Shown piece by piece: positions 28,260 through 43,396 of a stretch of DNA of 64,000 bases. This DNA is from the human T2T-CHM13v2.0 reference genome, Homo sapiens. The stretch is taken from assembly GCF_009914755.1 (NCBI RefSeq), contig NC_060930.1; one strand, written 5' to 3'. The translations under genes were made by a program, and so were the position numbers. The notes under the pieces are model-generated. The model was not told the DNA's origin. It ran no database searches and worked only from the letters and a program-made list of their open reading frames with translations. Each line of letters starts with the position of its first letter. Within the stretch, counting starts at the first letter, position 1.

Positions 28260-28395
28260 AAGTCTCTGTCCAGCCAGCGGTTACTACATTACACAATTGT
28301 TATTTTTGTCAACCTATCTCAGTTTCCTCATTAGGGAAATGAAAGGGTTAAACTGGACTATTTCTGAGGTCTCTTTCAGATGCAATATTCTGACT
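28260..28395 (+). mobile_element. MIR3-like fragment
   Basis: 'tctcagtttcctcatt...aaatgaaagggttaaactggac...tctgaggtctctttcag'. Confidence 0.65.
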
Positions 28396-29229
28396 CTGGG
28401 AATCCATTTGCAAAGAGCTGGATGTTGGAGAGAGCCCTCTGCAAGGTCAGCATGAGGCTAACATTAGCTGCCTTCTTGCTCACACTGTTATTTGTGCATG
28501 AGATGATGTGGACTTCTCTAATCCCCTTCAAACATTATTTTCCTGTTGCCTTAGTTATATTCTAGGTCCTCTCCCTGAACTATGCAAACAATGGTAAACT
28601 TAGCAATGACAAGCTAGAATCTTCCAGAGTTTATTTATTAATTTGCTTCTGCTGTTGTATATTAGGTATACAACTTAGGTGATGTGTGAAAAAGCCCATT
28701 AACTTTAGTGAGCCTTCATATGCTGACGACAGATATATTTTATATTGGTCCCTGGGGGAATGTTAATGTGAGCTATTGTCTATATCTAAAGGAAAACAAC
28801 CACTCAGGATATTAGCTAGTGGATACAACTGTGCTTGCATAAAGTATCCTAAACATCCATGTCCTTCAACTCAGAGTGAATGTGGCCATTGATAAGTGGC
28901 ACCTAGGAAAGTAGAGTCATTTTTTTTTTAATTTTGGTTTTTAATTAAAGTAACATATAGTTTAAAAGGCCAAATTGTGCTAAAAGACTTATAACCAAAA
29001 CCAGCCATCTCCTGTGACCCTGCCCCCTACTCTCAGTTTCAACTGTTTTTGGTATTCTAAGTAATATGTATGTACTTCTCTCTTGGTTCATTCATGTTAG
29101 ACATTATCTGTGTACTTTTTATTTTCTTATGCTTTCCCTTCCTCTTTCTCCCTAATCCCTTCAGAATAGCTATATCATAAATTTTTATTAAATCCATATC
29201 CAGATTTTTAAATTATTTTGCACATGTAA

Positions 29230-29595
<366 letters not shown>

Positions 29596-30388
29596 TCCTG
29601 ACTTGTTTTTGTATTTGGACTTTTCCACATCTTCCAACAGCTCTGTAAAAATATGTCCATCCAATTGCACCCATTCTTGCTATTTTAGCTCTATCTGAGC
29701 CTCCTTCCACTTCAGTTGGACTGGCCTGGGGCACTGCTGTCGCTCCAGAGTCTCCCGTCATGATCATCCTGAGGGTTTTCCTTGCCCCTCTTCTGGATGG
29801 GCATCCTCCTTGGCAAGGAACATCCTTCCTGTTCCTGCATTCCAGATCTTCAGCTTCATCATTTTCCTCCCTGCTTTTGGTGGAAAACACCCTGTGACAT
29901 CTTAAGGAAGCAATACCTTTTTGAGATTTTAAATATCTGAAAATATGTTTATTTCAATCTTACACTTGATTGATTGTCAAGTTGGGTATACAAATATGAA
30001 TGGAAAATCATCCTCAATCAGAATTTTGAAGCAATGATTCCATTGTCTTCTAGCTTCCACATTTTCTATTCAGAAGTCCAGGGCCATATACTAAATATTT
30101 GAACCTGACCTTGTCCCCACCATTCCTTTACCTCTTTCAAAGCTTTTAGATGTTGTTCTTTACAGCTGGTGTTTTGGAGGTTTTGTTTTCTCAAATGATG
30201 ATCAATCATTGTGTTGGGCATCAATACCAGGGTGGTGGTGAGTCCTGTTGATGTAGAAATGTGGGTTTTTCATTTCTAGGAGATGTCCTTCAATAATTTT
30301 CCTCCCCATTATTATTTTTTGTCTGTTCTCTCTATCTGAAACTTCTTTTGTATCTGTAACTCTTTCATTTGGATATTGATGTGTTGTA

Positions 30389-30691
30389 TTTTTTTCTTGA
30401 GACAGGGTCTTACTCTGTTGCCCAGGTTGGAGTGCAGTGGTGCAATCATGGCTTGTTGCTGCCTCAACCTCCAGGCTCAAGCAATCCTCCCACCTCAGCC
30501 TTCTGTGTACTTGGGACTACAGCCATGTGCCACCATGTCTGAGTAATTTTTTTATTTTATATTTTTTGTAGAGACAAGGTCTCACTATGTTGCCCAGGCT
30601 GGTCTTGAACTCCTGGGCTCAAGCAATCAGATGCTCCTACCTCAGCCTCCCAAAGTGCTGGGATTAAAGGTGTGAGCCACTGCACCCAACC
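30389..30691 (-). mobile_element. AluJ
   Basis: 'caatcatggct', 'ctcctgggctcaagcaatc', 'gtctcactatgttgcccagg' are J-type diagnostics. Confidence 0.92.
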
Positions 30692-30934
30692 AATGTCTTG
30701 TATTGATCCTTTAATTTTCTTAGCTTTTGTATTATCCATCTCTTGATCTTTTTGTTGCACTTTCTGGAAAATTTATTTAACTTTATCTTCTAATGTTTCA
30801 ATGAATTTTTAAATTCACCTGCAATATCTTTCAGTACCAAAAACTCCTTCTTGTTCTCTAACTGTTCTTTTTTAGTGTCCTGTTCTTGCTTTATTTTTCT
30901 GATGATATAAGTTATAGTTTCTTTGAAAAATAAA

Positions 30935-31371
30935 AAGAGAGAGCCCACTTCCAGGCTTATTGAGGTTTTAAGTAAATTTCAGTTCCACGTGGTTGGAGGA
31001 CACAAGTTCCCGTTTCTTCCCGGCTGTTGGCCAGGGGTTAACCTCAGCTTCCAGAGGCCCCCTGCATTCCTTGGCTCGTGGCTCCTTTCACTCCAGCAGC
31101 AGTGGGGAGAGTCTTCCCCACCTTAGAATCTCTGCCTCTCTCCTCCTGCCTCATCTCTCCAACACACTTCTTCCAACACCCCTCTACGCCCTTTGTCTTC
31201 TGTCTCTAAGCACTGATGTGAGTACCCTGGGCCCACCTGGATGATCCAGGATGATGTCCCCATCTTACCATCAGCTGAATAGTGACCTTAGGAGCATCTG
31301 CAGAGCCCCTTCCACAGCAGCATCCAGATGAGGAGTCTCAGGGAGACCTCTTCAGAATCCTGCCTGCCACA
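30935..31371 (-). mobile_element. MLT1E-like MaLR LTR fragment
   Basis: 'cattccttggctcgtggctcc', 'gggcccacctggatgatccaggatgat', 'agaatcctgcctgccaca'. Confidence 0.75.
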
Positions 31372-31469
31372 TGTATACACACATATTGAGTCTTAACCAC
31401 TTTGTGAGATACAGCTTAACAAATATGTACACACATAGTGAACCTAACTTTTTTAATGGGGACAACTTT

Positions 31470-31585
31470 ATTGTCCCCATTTAAAAAATATGAAAACTGA
31501 GGCATAGAGAAGTGAAATGACTTTCCAAGGTCAGTTAGTAGGCGGCAGAGCTGGATTCACACCTGGCAGTGTGTCTCCAGATACT
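31470..31585 (-). mobile_element. MIR fragment
   Basis: 'gaaaactgaggcatagagaagtgaaatgactttccaaggtc'. Confidence 0.8.
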
Positions 31586-31976
31586 CCCTCTCTGTTACTC
31601 GCCAAGATGCCCTGCAAGCCAAATGCCATCTCAAACACTGATGACAGGTGTATTCATATTTTGAAATTAATAAAACTGTGAGAGATAGAGTTGAATGTGA
31701 AAGGTGCAAAACTGCCCATTTAAGGCCTTCAAGTTTTCTGGATATAGAGTGCTTTCCTTTTCATTCATAGGATTGGTTCATAATCTTTAAAAAAATATAA
31801 TGTTTGCAGACTGGGTACAGAGAATTGAAAAGGAAGGCATGCTAGTTACTTGGCATGTAGCAGGACTTCGAATTGACAGGTGGAGAATCTGAGGCCAGAG
31901 CCTCATTGCCATGTCTCTTCCTGCAGCCTCCACTCTGCTCTCACTTCCCTCTCCTCTGTTAAATTCCCTACTTCAT

Positions 31977-32298
<322 letters not shown>

Positions 32299-32679
32299 TC
32301 AGCTGCACACTTGCCACTGCTTCCACCCCATTTTCACTCCTCCTCACAACTAAATCCCTGAAAAGAATGTTCCAGATGCTCATTCATCCTCTCACTGACC
32401 CCTGCCACACAGGCCCCTCTGCAGGCAGCCTTCCATGCTCACTGCTCCATGAAGCCGTCCTGGTGTGGTCTTGGGTGAACTTGTCCACCCCAGGACACCC
32501 ACTAGGCCATGTCTTACCAAGTCCCTCAGTGCTGGACAGGTGGGCCACTGCCCTCTTCTGGAACTTTCTTTTCTCAACTTCTTTGCTGCTGCTCTTCCAG
32601 GGCCTCCCCCTACCTTCTGACCTCTCTTTCTCAGTCGCCTCTGCTGATTTTTCTTTCTCCACCTGCCTCCTTATTTGCA

Positions 32680-33290
32680 ATCCGCATAAGGAGAAGCAAA
32701 TGCAGAGCTCTGGTGGGCAGAGAGGAAGCGCGGATGAGCGAGGTGGGAGGGGCCCGGGGTCCACGTGGAGCACGCCCCTTCCCAGCAAGGGGGGCATTCA
32801 TTGCGCAGAGCTCCACCAGGCAGGCGCCCAGGGATGGCCACCAGTCCCCGAGTTTCCAATGGCCTCTGCCTTCCTCAGACACCTCCCTCGCTTCAGCGGT
32901 TTCAGTAACCATACCGGGGCTGCTTCCTGCCCATGTTTTTGCCCATGCTTTTTACAGCATTTAAAAATGTATATGTTTGTTTCATCATAATTTACCTTTG
33001 TGGCTTAGAAATCAAATCATGGAAAGCAACTGTCTCCAACTCCACCCTCGCCGACCGCAGCCTCCGCCTCAGAGCCAGATCCTCTTCCTCTTCCTTAGTA
33101 GGCATCTTCTCCGACTCGGCTTCTAAGTCCGGCTCTTTTTGTGTGGGTTCCAGGGCCCTGCCGTGGGGGCAAAGAGGATGGAGTTGCTTACCCACCATTT
33201 CCTCTTGGCTGGCGGGCTGCTTATTGCGAAGGTGAGACAGAACTGTGGGGCGGGAAGCAGGAGAGGAATCGCCCGCACCTGGAATTTCTC
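32680..33290. promoter_or_regulatory. CpG/GC-rich candidate enhancer or alternative promoter
   Basis: Non-repeat, locally CpG-enriched; E-box CCACGTGG at 32761, C/EBP-like TTTGCAAT and TTGCGAA, NF-kB-like GGAATTTCT. Confidence 0.5.
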
Positions 33291-33373
33291 TTTTAGTTTA
33301 TTTGCTTCCTGGTTCCATTTTCTGTAAACTACAGCCAATCATTCTGTTCAGAGTGGAGCGTGGAGTGGGGTAA

Positions 33374-33707
<334 letters not shown>

Positions 33708-34084
33708 CACATTTTTATATAATAGTACATTTACTTGCAAATATTGGAAATGTTCAGCCTATTTAATTTCCACGTTTGCCTAATGCATGTGCTCTATCTC
33801 TGGATTTACAGTTATCGTCCATTATGAGCTGGGAATTTCTAGAGGACCTCTGTGTGTGTGTTAGTGTAGCACTTAGCACAATGTCATAAATAAATAGGCT
33901 TTTAATCATGCTGATGATATTGATCACACTCACGATGTCTGGGAGAGAAGGTGTTGGCTGTGCTGCTCAGTGGTCTTGATTTCTTAGAACTGGAGCATGA
34001 ACAACATGCTCGAAATGCGAAGTAATGAACTGGAACGGTGAAGAAGGTCATAAAGAGCCTACCTGGAGGAGGATAGTGACGGCA

Positions 34085-34268
34085 CTGTCACAAATGCTTT
34101 ATATGTATTATTTAATTCTTGCAGTTCCCTCCTGCGGTAGGTCCAATTATTATCCTCATGTTCGAGTGAAGGAAACTCAAGCAGGGTGAGGTTAGGTTAA
34201 TAACTTGCTAAAGTCACATGGCAAGTAAGTGTGGAGCCGGGATTTGAACCCAGTCATCCTGGCTCGGG
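34085..34268 (-). mobile_element. MIR SINE
   Basis: 'aaatgctttatatgtattatttaattctt...aaggaaactcaagc...taacttgctaaagtcacatggcaagtaagtg...ggatttgaacccag'. Confidence 0.85.
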
Positions 34269-34574
34269 GTCCATGGCCCTGGCTGGCCCTGGATGCCGCT
34301 GGGGGGCCCTCTGTAGGGCTGACTTGCCCTCCTCAGAAGCCCCTTCCTTAGCTTACGGCCACATAGCCCTCTGGTAGTCCTCATCACCAGCTCTGCTCTT
34401 AATTTGGCCATTTTCCGCCTTAGGATTGGAGTGAATCATCCTTCAAAGACAGAGCCACGTTCTGCACTGTGTTAAGCATAGTCCGTGGCTCACAGTTCAT
34501 GCGTGAGCCACACACACATGCACACTTTGTTGGGAAGAAGAGCAACAATAAATTGCTTATTTAGAAATGGGCGA

Positions 34575-34720
34575 GGCCAGGTGCAGTGGCTCACATCTGC
34601 AGTCCCAGCACTAAGGAAGGCAGATGTGGGAGGATAGCTTGAGCCCAGGAGTTCAAGACCTGCCTGGGCAACATAGCAAGTCCCAGTTCTCCACAAAAAA
34701 GAAAGAAAGAAAGAAAAAAA
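34575..34720 (+). mobile_element. FLAM (Alu monomer)
   Basis: Single monomer with (GAAA)n tail; TSD agaaatggg. Confidence 0.85.
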
Positions 34721-35734
34721 GACAGGGAGAGAAATGGGTAAACTTGTCAAAACAGATAAAAATATATCCGTCTTCCAGTATGTATATTTTCTAATCTGTA
34801 CACTCATCAGAATGTAGGGTTAGACTACATAATATACTCTGAAAATGTTCCTGTCATTATTTGAGAAATTATTTATTTTATAGATTCCAGCTGCATATGT
34901 TTCCTAACCTCAGGAAAAGCATGTTTCTGCCTTTATATACAATTAGTATTTCACTATCAGTGACAACAGTTCAAAAGAACCCAGACATGAAACAAAATCA
35001 CCAATATTTGGGAACGCTGAAAAAGGCATGTGTATCACTCTCATATCAGTGTTCCAGAATAAACAATACGGGACTTTGTTAAATAATGCATCCACTTCTG
35101 CATAAACGTCTGGCAAATGCTGTTATTTCTAAGGAGATTCTTTAGCCCAGGACACCAGGGGAGATGGCTCAGCTTGTTCGTGACGTCTCGCTGTTGAGCA
35201 GATTGCTCTTAATAGCTTACTGTTCTCTGTAAGATGAAAACAAAATTGACTGTTCAGCACCATTCTCCTCCTCTTAGTGTCATTAGCTTTCTTAAAAGCA
35301 CACTAAACTCTCAAGAGTTGCCACTTATATGGCTGTAGGAAAGATGTTTCACAGCTGTGAGTGTGGTGGTGGCGTCCACACCTGTCAGGACAGGCAGGGC
35401 CCAGGGTCGGAGCTGATAGTAAGTCAGTTTCATTCTAAACATTCATTTCTGAACATTTCACACCATTCCCTAAGCTGTTAGTGCTTTGTTACTTTTTACC
35501 TGATTGCACCCCGAGCTCCATCTGGGACTCTGTCAACATTGACATAAGCCTTGGAAAACACAGACTCATGGCTGTTTTTGCTGTTCGGTATTTAGGATTT
35601 ACACTACACCAGGCACATCACTAAATACCATATGTACATTTACTTCATCCAGTCCGCATTATTATTGTTATGTGATTGTACTATTTATATATTATATTCT
35701 GTTATTATGTGTTGATTATGATATGATTGTCACC

Positions 35735-35860
35735 GCTTTTATTTTTTAATAAAAAGGTTCAGAGAGGTTAGGTAAGTTTGCCTGAGTCACACAGCTAGTG
35801 ATGAGGTCAGAGATCAGAAGCCAGGCCTTCCGGACTCTGAAGATGAGGCTCCTTACCCAG
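35735..35860 (-). mobile_element. MIR fragment
   Basis: 'aggttcagagaggttaggtaagtttgcctgagtcacacagctagt'. Confidence 0.75.
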
Positions 35861-37454
35861 CCATCATGAAACCTGAAAGGAACTTAGAAATCAGCTGTTT
35901 CCAGTCCCTCATTTTATGGATGAGCAAACCTTGGCTCAGCGAACAGTGAATTGCTCAGGGTCCCCTTGTCAGTGGCCTTCAGACCCTGGTCCCAGGCTCT
36001 TCCCACTGTGACACGCCATCCACATCCTTTCTCTCGGAGGCTGGCTGGTCCCTCCTGCCAGTCTTCCTGAATGAGTTTGCTTCACCAGATTTGGCTCTGT
36101 CTCTAGAAACAAAATGAGTTGAGTTTCATTAGCAAGCATGAAAAATGTAGGTTCAGAGATTAAAAGAAAAACAGTTGGGATATACCATATTGAAGGCACG
36201 TGGGTATAAATGGGTTCCAGGGCTCTCAATTTTTTGGGGGGACAAGGCAGAGTTACGTGTAAACAACCGACAAGCCAGCTCACGGCCATGCGGCCCACAC
36301 TGTACCGTCACTCCCCTCTCAGGATCCATCTACTCTTCAGGAACATTGAATTTTCTTTCTTTCTATGCCCATGGTCACTTTCACCTGTGCTCACACACAG
36401 TCGGCTGTGCAAAGAGCAAAACTTGGATGTCCCCAGGTGGCTGCCAGGGTTGGGATGGAAGGTTCTGCTCTAGAAGCCAATAAAACAAAAATATCTGCCT
36501 ATTAGATTGCAGTGATTAAATACTCTGATATCGCCAAGAAGTTGGATTGGAAGAAGTCCCTGGAATCCCCAATCTAGTACTTCAGTTTCTATGTTTATTG
36601 CTAGGCAGTGAATATTGAGTTTCATGGCAAATGTCATATAACTGTAACAGGCCCCTGAGGCAAGAGATGGACCCCTTATTCCGGTTGTTGTTTGAGCCCT
36701 GCAGCCTCTTGACTGCTGGAAAGCTTCACTGGCCTTGACCTTGGAAGGCTGACCCAGCCTCTCTTCCCCGCTGGGCGGTGGGGAGTGGGTGATGTCCAAG
36801 CCACCGATGGTATAGGCACAAAAACCAAGCCAACAAGGAACCCATTCCAGGAGTATGGGGGTGCTTGGGGCCTGGGTCTCAGGGGAGATCTGCTTTGGTG
36901 GAGTCTCCAAAGTATAACATCTGGTTCTCGACTTGGCAGGTCCGGAGACTCAGTGTTATCGCAGCTCTTTCAGAAGTGTTTGCATCGGGGCCTTACAGGT
37001 GCCTGAGATATCAAAAGGATGCTATGTATTTAGTGAGAACATTTTGTAAAGGCCAGAATATTCCTTTCCAGTTTTCCAGCATGTCCTGGGCTGGGGAAGT
37101 TGAATCTGTGGCTAGAAGGTTGCTTGGTGAGTGGGGCCTGAGCACTCACGGGGAGAGAGATGACCCTGAATGACACCTCATGCCAGCCACGGCGAGTACT
37201 AATGAGTCATCCCACAGTTGAGCATATCGCTGGTGACCAGAAGGTTCCTGCCTTCCTGTTACAGCATCTCTGCCAGACAGTGAGGAATGAACACTGCAAA
37301 ATTTTCCCTCTCCGAATCTTTTCCATGGTCTTTCCAGCAGAGCACAGTGTAACTGATTGCATTCCAGCTCACGTGATTCTAGTCGCATCTTAGGCCTTCT
37401 TTTCTGGGCTGATGCGAAATCACACACAACGAACTGGGCGCACCCTTCATTTCT

Positions 37455-37778
37455 CTTTCTTTTTCTTTTTCTTTTTTTTTTTTTTTTTTTTTGGAGACGG
37501 AGTCTTGCTCTGTCGCCCAGGCTGGAATGCAGTGGCGCGCTATCTCCGCTCACTGCAAGCTCCGCCTCCCGAGTTCACGCCATTCTCCTGCCTCAGCTTC
37601 CGGAGTAGCTGGGATTACAGGCTCCCGCCACCACGCCCGGCTAATTTTTTTGTGTTTTTTAGTAGAGACGGGGTTTCACCGTGTTAGCCTGGATGGTCTC
37701 GATCTCCTGACCTCGTGATCCGCCCACCTCGGCCTCCCAAAGTGCTGGGATTACAGACGTGAGCCACCGCGCCCGGCC
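37455..37778 (-). mobile_element. AluY
   Basis: 'gcaagctccgcc', 'ttcacgccattc', 'caccgtgttagcc..gatggtctcgatctc'; perfect TSD cacccttcatttct at 37441-37454 and 37779-37792. Confidence 0.95.
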
Positions 37779-37869
37779 CACCCTTCATTTCTTTAGCCAC
37801 AGATTCTCACACCATCTCTTGCACTCACCCCCACAGCTGTCTCTTAACACCAACTAACTGCATCTAGAT

Positions 37870-38335
37870 AGTTTTTTAAGTAAACATTTGTATAGATGTG
37901 TAGTATTCATTCAGGAAAATGTACAAATTGTGAAGGTACAGCTCGATACATTTTTCCAAAGTTATCAGACTAACGTAGCAAGCAGGCAAGGCGTGAAATA
38001 GAACACTACCAGGACCCAAGTCCCCTGTGTGCCCTCCTTTCAGCCACCACTACCTCCAGAGTAACCGCTACCCTGCCCTCTAGCATCCTAGGTTTCATTT
38101 TGCCTGCTTATAAACTCGATAGTAAAATTCACACTATATTCTCTTTGCTCAACATATTTGCAAGCTATGTCTATGTTGTTTCATGCAGCAAATAGTATGT
38201 TTATTTCATTGCTGTATCATCCTCCATGATATTAATATGTAACTTATTACTACATTCTAACGTTGATACTTGAGTTGTTTCAGTTTGAGGCTTGTGTAAT
38301 AGCGATGCTGTGAACATCCGTATATAGCATTGTGA
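37870..38335 (-). mobile_element. L1M (MB/MC/ME-like) 3'-end fragment
   Basis: 'aaaatgtacaaattg...tacagctcgat', 'tttcattgctgtatca', 'agttgtttcagtttgaggct...atgctgtgaacat'. Confidence 0.75.
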
Positions 38336-39335
38336 TAAATCAACCGTGTTTTTAATTTATCTAACTTTACTCTCCTAAGGTAATTTTATCTCAGAATTCT
38401 GGGAGTACCTTATTGTCATTCCCGTGAACAGGTTGCGGGTCCCTGAGTGCCTGGCCCGTGCTCTGTGTGTCTGCCATGATGTCATTTGTGGACCTGGCCA
38501 GTCTTTCCCTGTCAGAGTGTAAATCTATGAAAGTGTCTCCTGCACGTAGTTGAGTGAATTATTCGTTGAATGAATGTCTTCATGAGGGACTGGAGCCTGA
38601 AATATTGGGTTGAAATGGAAAACAAAAGTTAGAGTTGCTTATTTCTGTTTCACCATTGCAGTATCCCAAGATGCTACAGTAATTGTGCAAGGAAGCACAA
38701 ATCCAAGGAGAAAGAAGGTCAAGTCTGCGCTGCAATAAAGCAAGAGACTTGAAGGGCTAGGAAATGGCAACCTTCTGTGGGCCTTCCTGCAGGGTGTCAG
38801 TCACCGGACATACTGCAACGCATTAAGTTAATAAGTGCCAAAAACCACACCAGGTGCAACTGTCATCTTCCAGATGAAACCTGTTCCCATGGTATCTGTC
38901 TCCTCTGTATCACATAGACACCAAAACATGGTGGTGCCTTGGGAGGGCACAGATTTTTTTATTGTTTTCATTTCAGAAAGCTCTAGCAACATGGCAAGAG
39001 GGAGGGTGGAAGTCCCCAGTGCTGAGTTCTGAGTGGAGCATAAAGGGGCTGTTTTTATACCGTGGTTGTACCCGGGAAGCAGACATCTCCGAGCACTTTC
39101 AGTGCCACGGAAGGGAAGTTGAGGCCAAGCGAGGGCCTCATTCCTCTCCTTGGAATCTTTGTTGCGTTGAATACCTTCACTGACTCCCCCTCCTCAGGAA
39201 TTTGTGAGGACCAACAGTTCTCCTAAAGCAGGGGACTATTTTCCTAGTGGGAGTGGCTGCTTCCCAGGGATGGGAGTGGTGGGTGTGATGGGGACACAGT
39301 ACCCCCACTAAAAGACTTCTGCTCTATAGTATCTC

Positions 39336-39624
<289 letters not shown>

Positions 39625-42600
39625 TTAAAGTATCTCTTAAGCCGTACTGTGTATCTTGAAAATTTCTGTCAGGTACATCCCAAACCGGCGACTCCTGACC
39701 CTGAACTAAGCCAGCAGCCAGGTTCAGTCCTGAGTAAAGTGTTGGCGAGCAGTCCCTGCCCTGCCTCGCCCTCACGGCCGCCTACCATCTGGGCGCTGCC
39801 TGCATTTCAGGGACAGTGCTGGCATTTGTTTTTCCTTTTGTATCTTTCAACTAGATAGTGTTGTCACCTACAGAGGAGGGTTTTTAAAAGTGTCGCTGTT
39901 GCCCTAGGCATTGCCTGTGATCTGTATCAAAGCCCCACGTGTGAACCACAGCTTGAGCTGGGAACTGAGAAAGGGTCAGTTGTAAAAGTCATCCTAGGAT
40001 GCACGTCCCCAGCCCCCGTGCATGGATGTGGACACGCAGGCTGGAGGAGGGTGGGGGGCTGGCCACCCTGTTGGCATCTTAGCACCCAGCAGGCTAAAGC
40101 TTGCAGCTTTGTTTATTTTCCTGAAGTTCAAAGTTCCCATCCCTCCGTGGAAGGCCTAATAGAACAAAGACCACCCACCTGCAGTTGCTTTTCTTTCTTT
40201 TTTGTGCTTCAACTCTAAAGAATCATGCACTATGAAGGAAGTGGCTCCTGCTAGATCTTCCTCAAGCCACACTGATGGACCTGCCATTAGGTACACTGAG
40301 GATGCCAGCAGGTGGTCCCTGTTGGGCAGTAGCTCACAGGCATGGACTGAGGTCTCAGAAGGACTATGTGTGGTCATTGAGCTCTCCAGGGGCAATAGGG
40401 AAGGGGTGGGGGGAGGGTGGAAGGGGGGCTCTTTACAAACAATCTGAGGTGATGTGTGGTTGCCAGAGTCAGTGTGTGGTGGAATAAAGGCCTGACAAGC
40501 TAATATGAGGAGCAAGTTAAAATCTGTAGAAGACCAGGGAGTGAATCACCATCCCAGTTGTTAGTGTACTGGCCTCTGTCTGTAGGTGACACCCAACCGC
40601 CCCGGTGCACCAGCGGATGGGGCTCAGCTCGCCTGTCCCCGCCTTTCCCACCCTCCCTCCCAACTCACCCTAGTTGTGAAACGGTGCCCAATTTTTCCAG
40701 TTGTTTCACGTGAGCCTGTGTTCGTTATTTAGAATCCATGTCAATGTTTCCCTCCTGGAACCTTGGATTTAAGCCAGAGAGCGCTTCCATCTGTGGCTTC
40801 CCCGCCACCGTGGACTGGCTTTGATGGTTATTTCTCCAGCGCATTCCCAGCGCATTCTTGTGAGGGGTGTAGTCTTCACAGTCACATGTGGCTTGAGATC
40901 CTCTCTTCGTGTGGGGCACACAAACGCTACAAGCCATACGGCGGCCAGCCAAGAAAAGGGAGCTGTTCATGGTGAGGACTGGGGCAGGAGAGGCAGCTGA
41001 CAGTTGCCCCTGTTACCTGTATCCTTACGCCTCTGCCATTTTCCCTGTTGTCAACACAGCGTTATGAGGGCTGGCTCATGGCTCACTGGCTCAGCTGAGC
41101 AACAGGAGTTTTAGTGATCTCAGAAACATAGATGGAGGGAGTTGTTCAGGTTTTTCCTGATGTACGAAGAATCCAACTGCAAAGCAGCAGCTAAATTTAA
41201 GTTTTGTTTTTTACGTATTTTCCAAATCCTGGTATGAAAACTATGATAGTGTCTCTACTTCAAACTGGAAGCAGAGAGATAAGTGAAGCTTGATATTTAT
41301 TTTTTTATTTTTATTTTTATTTTTTGCTATGAAGCAGTTGCCAGGAATAATGTCTGTTTTTAACACATATTGATAGAAGTAGGGCATTGCCTGGAAAAAA
41401 AAAAAAGAGAGGCTTTCCTCACTGGAGGCCTTCGCTTAGGCTGCTCGTTAACTGTGGTGAGCAGCTTGTATTTACTTGCCCAGAGAGATGAGCTCATGGG
41501 AGAAGTAAGGGCCTAAATGAGATACTTTTTCTAAAAGGTGCCGTCTTGGTTGTTCATAGAAACATTAATTGCCTTTCCATGGATTCTGGGAGCAACTTAG
41601 ACGGATCCACTGAAGGTTCAGAATGTCAACATTCTGGATCACCAGCAGGCAGAGCCTTGGAGCCGGGGTCTTAGCCCGGCCCCTCAAGAGCTGTGTGGTC
41701 CAGAGCAAAAGTGACTTCCCCTCTCAGCTCTTCCTCTGCAAAACGAAAGGATTCATCGTTTTTTTGTTGTTTGTTTGTTTTCATTAAACACGCATCTCTT
41801 GAGCATCTGACAGGAGCCCGTGGCTTTGCTAGGTACTGAGGATAAAATGCTAACAGACCCGTCCCTACCCCAAGGAAGTCAAAGGGTCCTGATTGGAAAG
41901 AACTGGGAACCCCAGCAGTTGCAGTGCAGGGCGAAGTGAAGTGAATGCCCAGAATGCCCTGCTGGCAATAAGCTGACATTTGCGAGCCTGGGAATGTCAC
42001 TCAGGACAGACTTCTTGAAGTAGGTGGCCCTTCAACTGAGCTGAAGGGAAGAGAAGGGCATTGCAGGCTGAGGGATGATCCCAGGGTGCCCCCCAGATCT
42101 AAAGTGTGGAGTCTGTCATCGAGGTGCGTAGCCTCTCCAGAGGTGTCACTGTGTTCCATCCTAGCCGTGTCCTGATCTGGGGCCGTGGCTCTTGGGATAG
42201 TCTCTTCCCCAACCTGACTGCAGGGGAGGAGCCTCCAGGAAGATTTAGCTGTCATTCCCCCTCTGCTCTTGCCCACAATGTGCTTTTGGCTCTTCCTGCT
42301 TCTGGGTCTGTCTTCTCCAGCTGTCCTGGCTTCTAAGTTTCATTGGATCATGTTTAAATACAGATTACCTGGTAGTCACAGTTTATGCCAGAAATGGTTT
42401 CCTGACTATCTCATATTATTTAAAATTCACATAATTTGAGACTGGTGTTTCCAAAACGTAAGTTTATAGGAAGGGAAATATGGTTTTCAAAGGCATACAT
42501 CTACAGCCACTGAACAATATGTTTGCATGGTTTGAGCCAAGTCCTAAAAAATGCATAATAACGTGTACACAGTAGTAGTGTTTAATACCATCTAACTGGC

Positions 42601-43396
42601 TTTCTAGAATTTTTAAATTTCTAATATGCTTTCCAGCACTAGCCCTAGCACCTGCTTCTTAATGAATGTATAAATACCATTTCTATAGAATGTCTTTTAG
42701 AAGATTTTAAGTTAAAATAGCAGTAAGTATTGAGATAACAACCCAGTAGTCACCAAAGTCACATGTGTTCTGAGACATGAAACAAAAGTGTTGGGCATAG
42801 AATGCTGATAAAGAATGGCTGGTTGTTCCTTTTACCTGGGAAACTAGCCCAGATTACTAGTAATTAGAAGGGAGTGGGGCCTCAGTTTAGCAGAGGGGAC
42901 AGTTCACTTTCTGCCAACTTAGAAATTATATTGTTCTAGACCATTTTTTTAATTTAGAGGGATTTGAATTTTTGCACATAAAACGAAGCTTTTAAAAACA
43001 CTTTTATATCATATGATTCCAAATGCATATAAATTCAAATCCACATAAAATGTAACTGCCCTATGTGTTTACCAAAGTGCAAGGGATTGGGGGAGGGCAG
43101 GCCAGTGGATGCGCAGATGTTTATTGAAAGCCGGCCTGGAGTACTGTCAGCCCCACTTCCTCATTTACAGATGGAGAAGCGGGGACCCTGGAGGCAGAAT
43201 CAGGAGTCCACACTGGTTCGATCTTTTCTTTGTTGTGTTTTGGTTTGGAGTCAGGCATTACAGCTCCGTTTGGAGTCTGGGTCTTCCAGCACAGTGCTTA
43301 TCACACAATATGGGCTCAAAAAATTCTGGAAGCAGCCTTGAGTGAGGGACTTGTGTGGTTTCTACACTGCACCTTAGCTTTAGAGCAGGACGCTTC

